NCBI GenBank assembly: GCA_049301135.1
Contig: JBAQKP010000044.1
Span: 10,460 to 74,459 of the forward strand
DNA: 64,000 nt
Direction: 5' to 3'
Source: Moraxellaceae bacterium
Lineage (GTDB): Bacteria > Pseudomonadota > Gammaproteobacteria > Pseudomonadales > Moraxellaceae
Shown: in pieces, positions 61,462 through 64,000 of the stretch
How positions within the stretch are numbered: position 1 is the first letter of the stretch
Layout: every line of letters starts with the position of its first letter
Notes under the pieces: model-generated
What the model was told of the DNA's origin: nothing
What the model saw: only the letters and a program-made list of their open reading frames with translations
Database searches by the model: none
Made by a program: the position numbers and the translations under genes

Positions 61462-62363
61462 TGACCATGCTGTGGCGCGTTGCTTTTTTGCTCTTGCTGG
61501 TACTGCTGAGTTGGTGCGGCTGGCTGTTGTATCAACAGCAACAGCTTGCGCTTGCACAGCTACAACAAGACCAAAAAACCCTCAGTCAGCAACTGGGTGA
61601 TCTCAATGATCGCTTGGTTGCGGTGGCCAGATTACAAGCACAGTCAGTCAGTCTATCGGCGCAGCAGAGTGTCGCAGCACCGGCGCAAGCGGAGTTGCTG
61701 CGGCAAAATATTCGACACGGGCTACTATTGGCGCAAGCGGCTTTGCAAGATGGTCGGCAAGAGGATGCCGATGCGTTGTTACTGAATATTCAGACGTTGT
61801 TGCAACAGCCCACACAGCAAGCGTTAGCACCGGCGCTGTTAGAAGGTTTGCTGGTCGCGGTGCAGGCGGATCGCATGCAGCTTGGCCAGACTGCGCAATT
61901 ACGCCAAACCGCTCGCCATTCCATCGACCGTGCGTTGATGCGGATTCAGCAACAGCTTGACCAGATGGCACGTCAAGGGCCGGTTTTACATACGCCCAGT
62001 GTCACAGATACCGACAATACAACGGAGCGCGAGACTGTTGCAGCGCCAGATTGGTGGGCGCGAGTGACTCAGATCGTCTCGATTCAGCAAGTATCGTCTG
62101 AGCAACAAGTGACGCTGACGCAGCGTGCGTTGCTGTGTCGTGAGGTGGCATTGACCGTCGGCTTGGCACGACATGCGGTACGGCAACAGCAGCCAGACCA
62201 GTTACAGGCATTGCTGCGTGAGGCGGTGCAGCAACTGTCCCGCTTGCCGGATGCGGAGGCGACGCAAACACGGCAGTGGCTAGAGCAACTGTTGGCCTCA
62301 CCGTTGCCGACAGCACAGCCCCTGAAATCCTTGTCGTTACTGCCAGAGCGTGAGCCATCATGA
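61461..62363 (+). CDS. hemX: HemX-like membrane protein (uroporphyrinogen-III C-methyltransferase-like family)
   Basis: An N-terminal TM helix (MTMLWRVAFLLLLVLLSWCGWLLY) is followed by a Q/L-rich coiled region. The position in hemCDXY is canonical. Confidence 0.72.
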   Translation: MTMLWRVAFLLLLVLLSWCGWLLYQQQQLALAQLQQDQKTLSQQLGDLNDRLVAVARLQAQSVSLSAQQSVAAPAQAELLRQNIRHGLLLAQAALQDGRQEDADALLLNIQTLLQQPTQQALAPALLEGLLVAVQADRMQLGQTAQLRQTARHSIDRALMRIQQQLDQMARQGPVLHTPSVTDTDNTTERETVAAPDWWARVTQIVSIQQVSSEQQVTLTQRALLCREVALTVGLARHAVRQQQPDQLQALLREAVQQLSRLPDAEATQTRQWLEQLLASPLPTAQPLKSLSLLPEREPS

Positions 62364-63562
62364 GGGTCAGTCTGCTGATGCTCAGTTTTTTAATGCTGCT
62401 GATGGTATTGGCGGGTGCATTGTTTGCCAGCAGTCTGAGCCGTGATGCCGGTTATGTGTTGGTGTTATGGCAGGGGTGGCAGTTGCAGACCGGCGTTGGT
62501 TTTTTTCTGCTGTTGTTGCTGTGTATTTCGGTGTTGATCGTACTGTTGCTGTTGTTATTTTCGGCGTTGTCCGGTGGTTTTGGCAGAGCCAAAAAAATTC
62601 AGCAGCAAGCGCAACAACAGATGCTGACGCAGCTACAACATGCAATGGTGTATCAGATTTTACATGCGCCCGAACAAGCGTTAGACCGGCTCAGTCTACA
62701 GCAAGTGCAGCAACCCTCCGGCTGGCTGCGTTTGGCACAGTTGCATTTTGCGGCGCAGATCAATCAGCACGGTAATTTGCAGCGTTATCTGGCGGATATT
62801 CCTGCGCCACAGCAGGTGTTTGCCCAACTGATTCAGGCCGAATGGTGTCTCAATCAGCGACAGCCCGAGCAAGCGTTGCCATTGTTATTTACGGTCTATC
62901 CCGCGTTACCTGAGCATCTGCCCGCCCACTGGCAACCGGCGGTTGAGCAAGCTGTGTTACGGCTGTGGGGACAGTATGCTGCACAGCAGGCGTGGGCGTT
63001 TTTACAGGTGCAGCCACGGCCTGTGCTCACACCAGATGCACAGCAGGCATGGCTACAGGCGCTGCAAGCGCAACATGTGTTGGCATCACCGGAGCAATCG
63101 GTGCAATTGTTGGCTTATTATGATCAGCAAACCGCAGAGCAGCGCCTCGGCCTGTTCCTCGCATGGCTGCGTGTGCTATTACGGATTGCAGCGGCTGATG
63201 AGCGGGCATGGTTGTTAGCGATGGCCTATTTGCAGCAACAACTCGACCCCGAGGCGTTGTGGTTGTGGCTGGGACTGGCGCTGCGCCCGACCCGCACAGC
63301 GCTTGAGCAACAGCAAACCGAGCAATTGTTTGTCTCGTTAAACCAACGCTATCCAGCGCAACCCAATGTCCGCTTGGCACAGGCGTGTTGGTTGCATGCA
63401 CAGCAGCGTGTCGAGGCTGCTCAGCAATTATTGGGAGATTGGCCAACGACTGAGCTGACGGATCGCTTTAATCTGTTGTGCCAGCTTAATCACTATCCTA
63501 CGCTATATCAGCGTCTTGCCCCTGTTTTACATGATTTTGCAACCGTTGAGTCTGTGTTATGA
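62360..63562 (+). CDS. hemY: HemY-like protein (two N-terminal TM helices + TPR-like helical repeats)
   Basis: Topology, size and position at the end of the hemCDXY cluster fit HemY. The start overlaps the hemX stop. Confidence 0.72.
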   Translation: MRVSLLMLSFLMLLMVLAGALFASSLSRDAGYVLVLWQGWQLQTGVGFFLLLLLCISVLIVLLLLLFSALSGGFGRAKKIQQQAQQQMLTQLQHAMVYQILHAPEQALDRLSLQQVQQPSGWLRLAQLHFAAQINQHGNLQRYLADIPAPQQVFAQLIQAEWCLNQRQPEQALPLLFTVYPALPEHLPAHWQPAVEQAVLRLWGQYAAQQAWAFLQVQPRPVLTPDAQQAWLQALQAQHVLASPEQSVQLLAYYDQQTAEQRLGLFLAWLRVLLRIAAADERAWLLAMAYLQQQLDPEALWLWLGLALRPTRTALEQQQTEQLFVSLNQRYPAQPNVRLAQACWLHAQQRVEAAQQLLGDWPTTELTDRFNLLCQLNHYPTLYQRLAPVLHDFATVESVL

Positions 63563-64000
63563 GTTCAATCAAAGAATGCCCAGTGGTCTACCATCAGCAA
63601 GTGGCATGGGGCGATATGGATGCGTTTGGACACGTCAATAACGTGATGTATTACCGCTATATCGAAAGTGCGCGGATTGATTATTTGACCCAAGTCGATG
63701 CATTTGCACATGGTTTGGTCACAGTAGTGTCATCGACCAGTTGTCGGTTTTATCGTCCGGTGTATTTTCCAGATTTGCTCAAAGTCGGTGCGCGAGTGGT
63801 GGAGTTACGCAATTCGGGCTTTCGGATGTCGTATGTATTGTATAGTAATCAACAAAATCAAATGGTTGCGACCGGTGAGGCGATCGTGGTGATGGTAGAT
63901 GCCAATACTTTTGAAAAAGCCGCACTGCCGATGGAGCTACGTCAAAGTATTGCGCGTCTTGAGGCCAGTATGGGGCATGATTTGCAACTGACTGAGCCAC
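63559..64000 (+). CDS. Acyl-CoA thioesterase, 4HBT/YbgC-like hotdog fold (3' end lies outside the window)
   Basis: My own translation; this ORF is not in the supplied track because it runs off the window. MSSIKECPVVYHQQVAWGDMDAFGHVNNVMYYRYIESARIDYL... contains the D.D..GHVNN..Y active-site signature. The ATG overlaps the hemY stop (ATGA). Confidence 0.8.
   Translation, partial: MSSIKECPVVYHQQVAWGDMDAFGHVNNVMYYRYIESARIDYLTQVDAFAHGLVTVVSSTSCRFYRPVYFPDLLKVGARVVELRNSGFRMSYVLYSNQQNQMVATGEAIVVMVDANTFEKAALPMELRQSIARLEASMGHDLQLTEP

Overview
This is a 64-kb chromosomal segment from a gammaproteobacterium. Most of it is about 55-60% G+C, judged from hand counts of sample lines. The gene order follows core blocks known from Pseudomonas and Moraxellaceae-type genomes: znuB'-GST, argS-SPOR, SDR/TetR, pilS-pilR, gacA, pbpG, thrC-hom-[insert]-dsbC-xerD, a Fur-boxed TonB-dependent receptor, SulP, feoAB, ribF-ileS-lspA-fkpB, lptBAC-kdsCD, murD-ftsW, cbrB-cbrA-cbrX-gluQ-dksA, cpdA-nudF-thiC/tolC, phoU, yggX-argH/algZ-algR-hemCDXY, and a partial thioesterase. 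I found no rRNA, tRNA, CRISPR array, transposase or phage integrase; xerD is the only recombinase. Five things are not ordinary core genome. (1) An AT-rich, translationally coupled two-gene ORFan cassette (72 aa + 198 aa) sits inside the otherwise conserved dsbC-hom junction. (2) A 2063-aa secreted multidomain giant protein has four tandem Cys-pair repeats, a beta-helix core, DUF11-like modules and a marked internal composition mosaic. It has no recognisable sorting signal or dedicated secretion partner. (3) A hicAB toxin-antitoxin pair with a palindromic operator is followed by a small secreted Gly-zipper-like protein. (4) Two more AT-rich small membrane ORFans lie at operon seams (ribF/ileS and fkpB/lptB). 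One of them appears to truncate a BrnA/DUF4415-like gene. (5) A cbrX-cbrA-cbrB module has no room for a downstream crcZ-type sRNA. None of these can be assigned a function from sequence alone. The two-gene cassette and the giant protein are the best candidates for undescribed biology.
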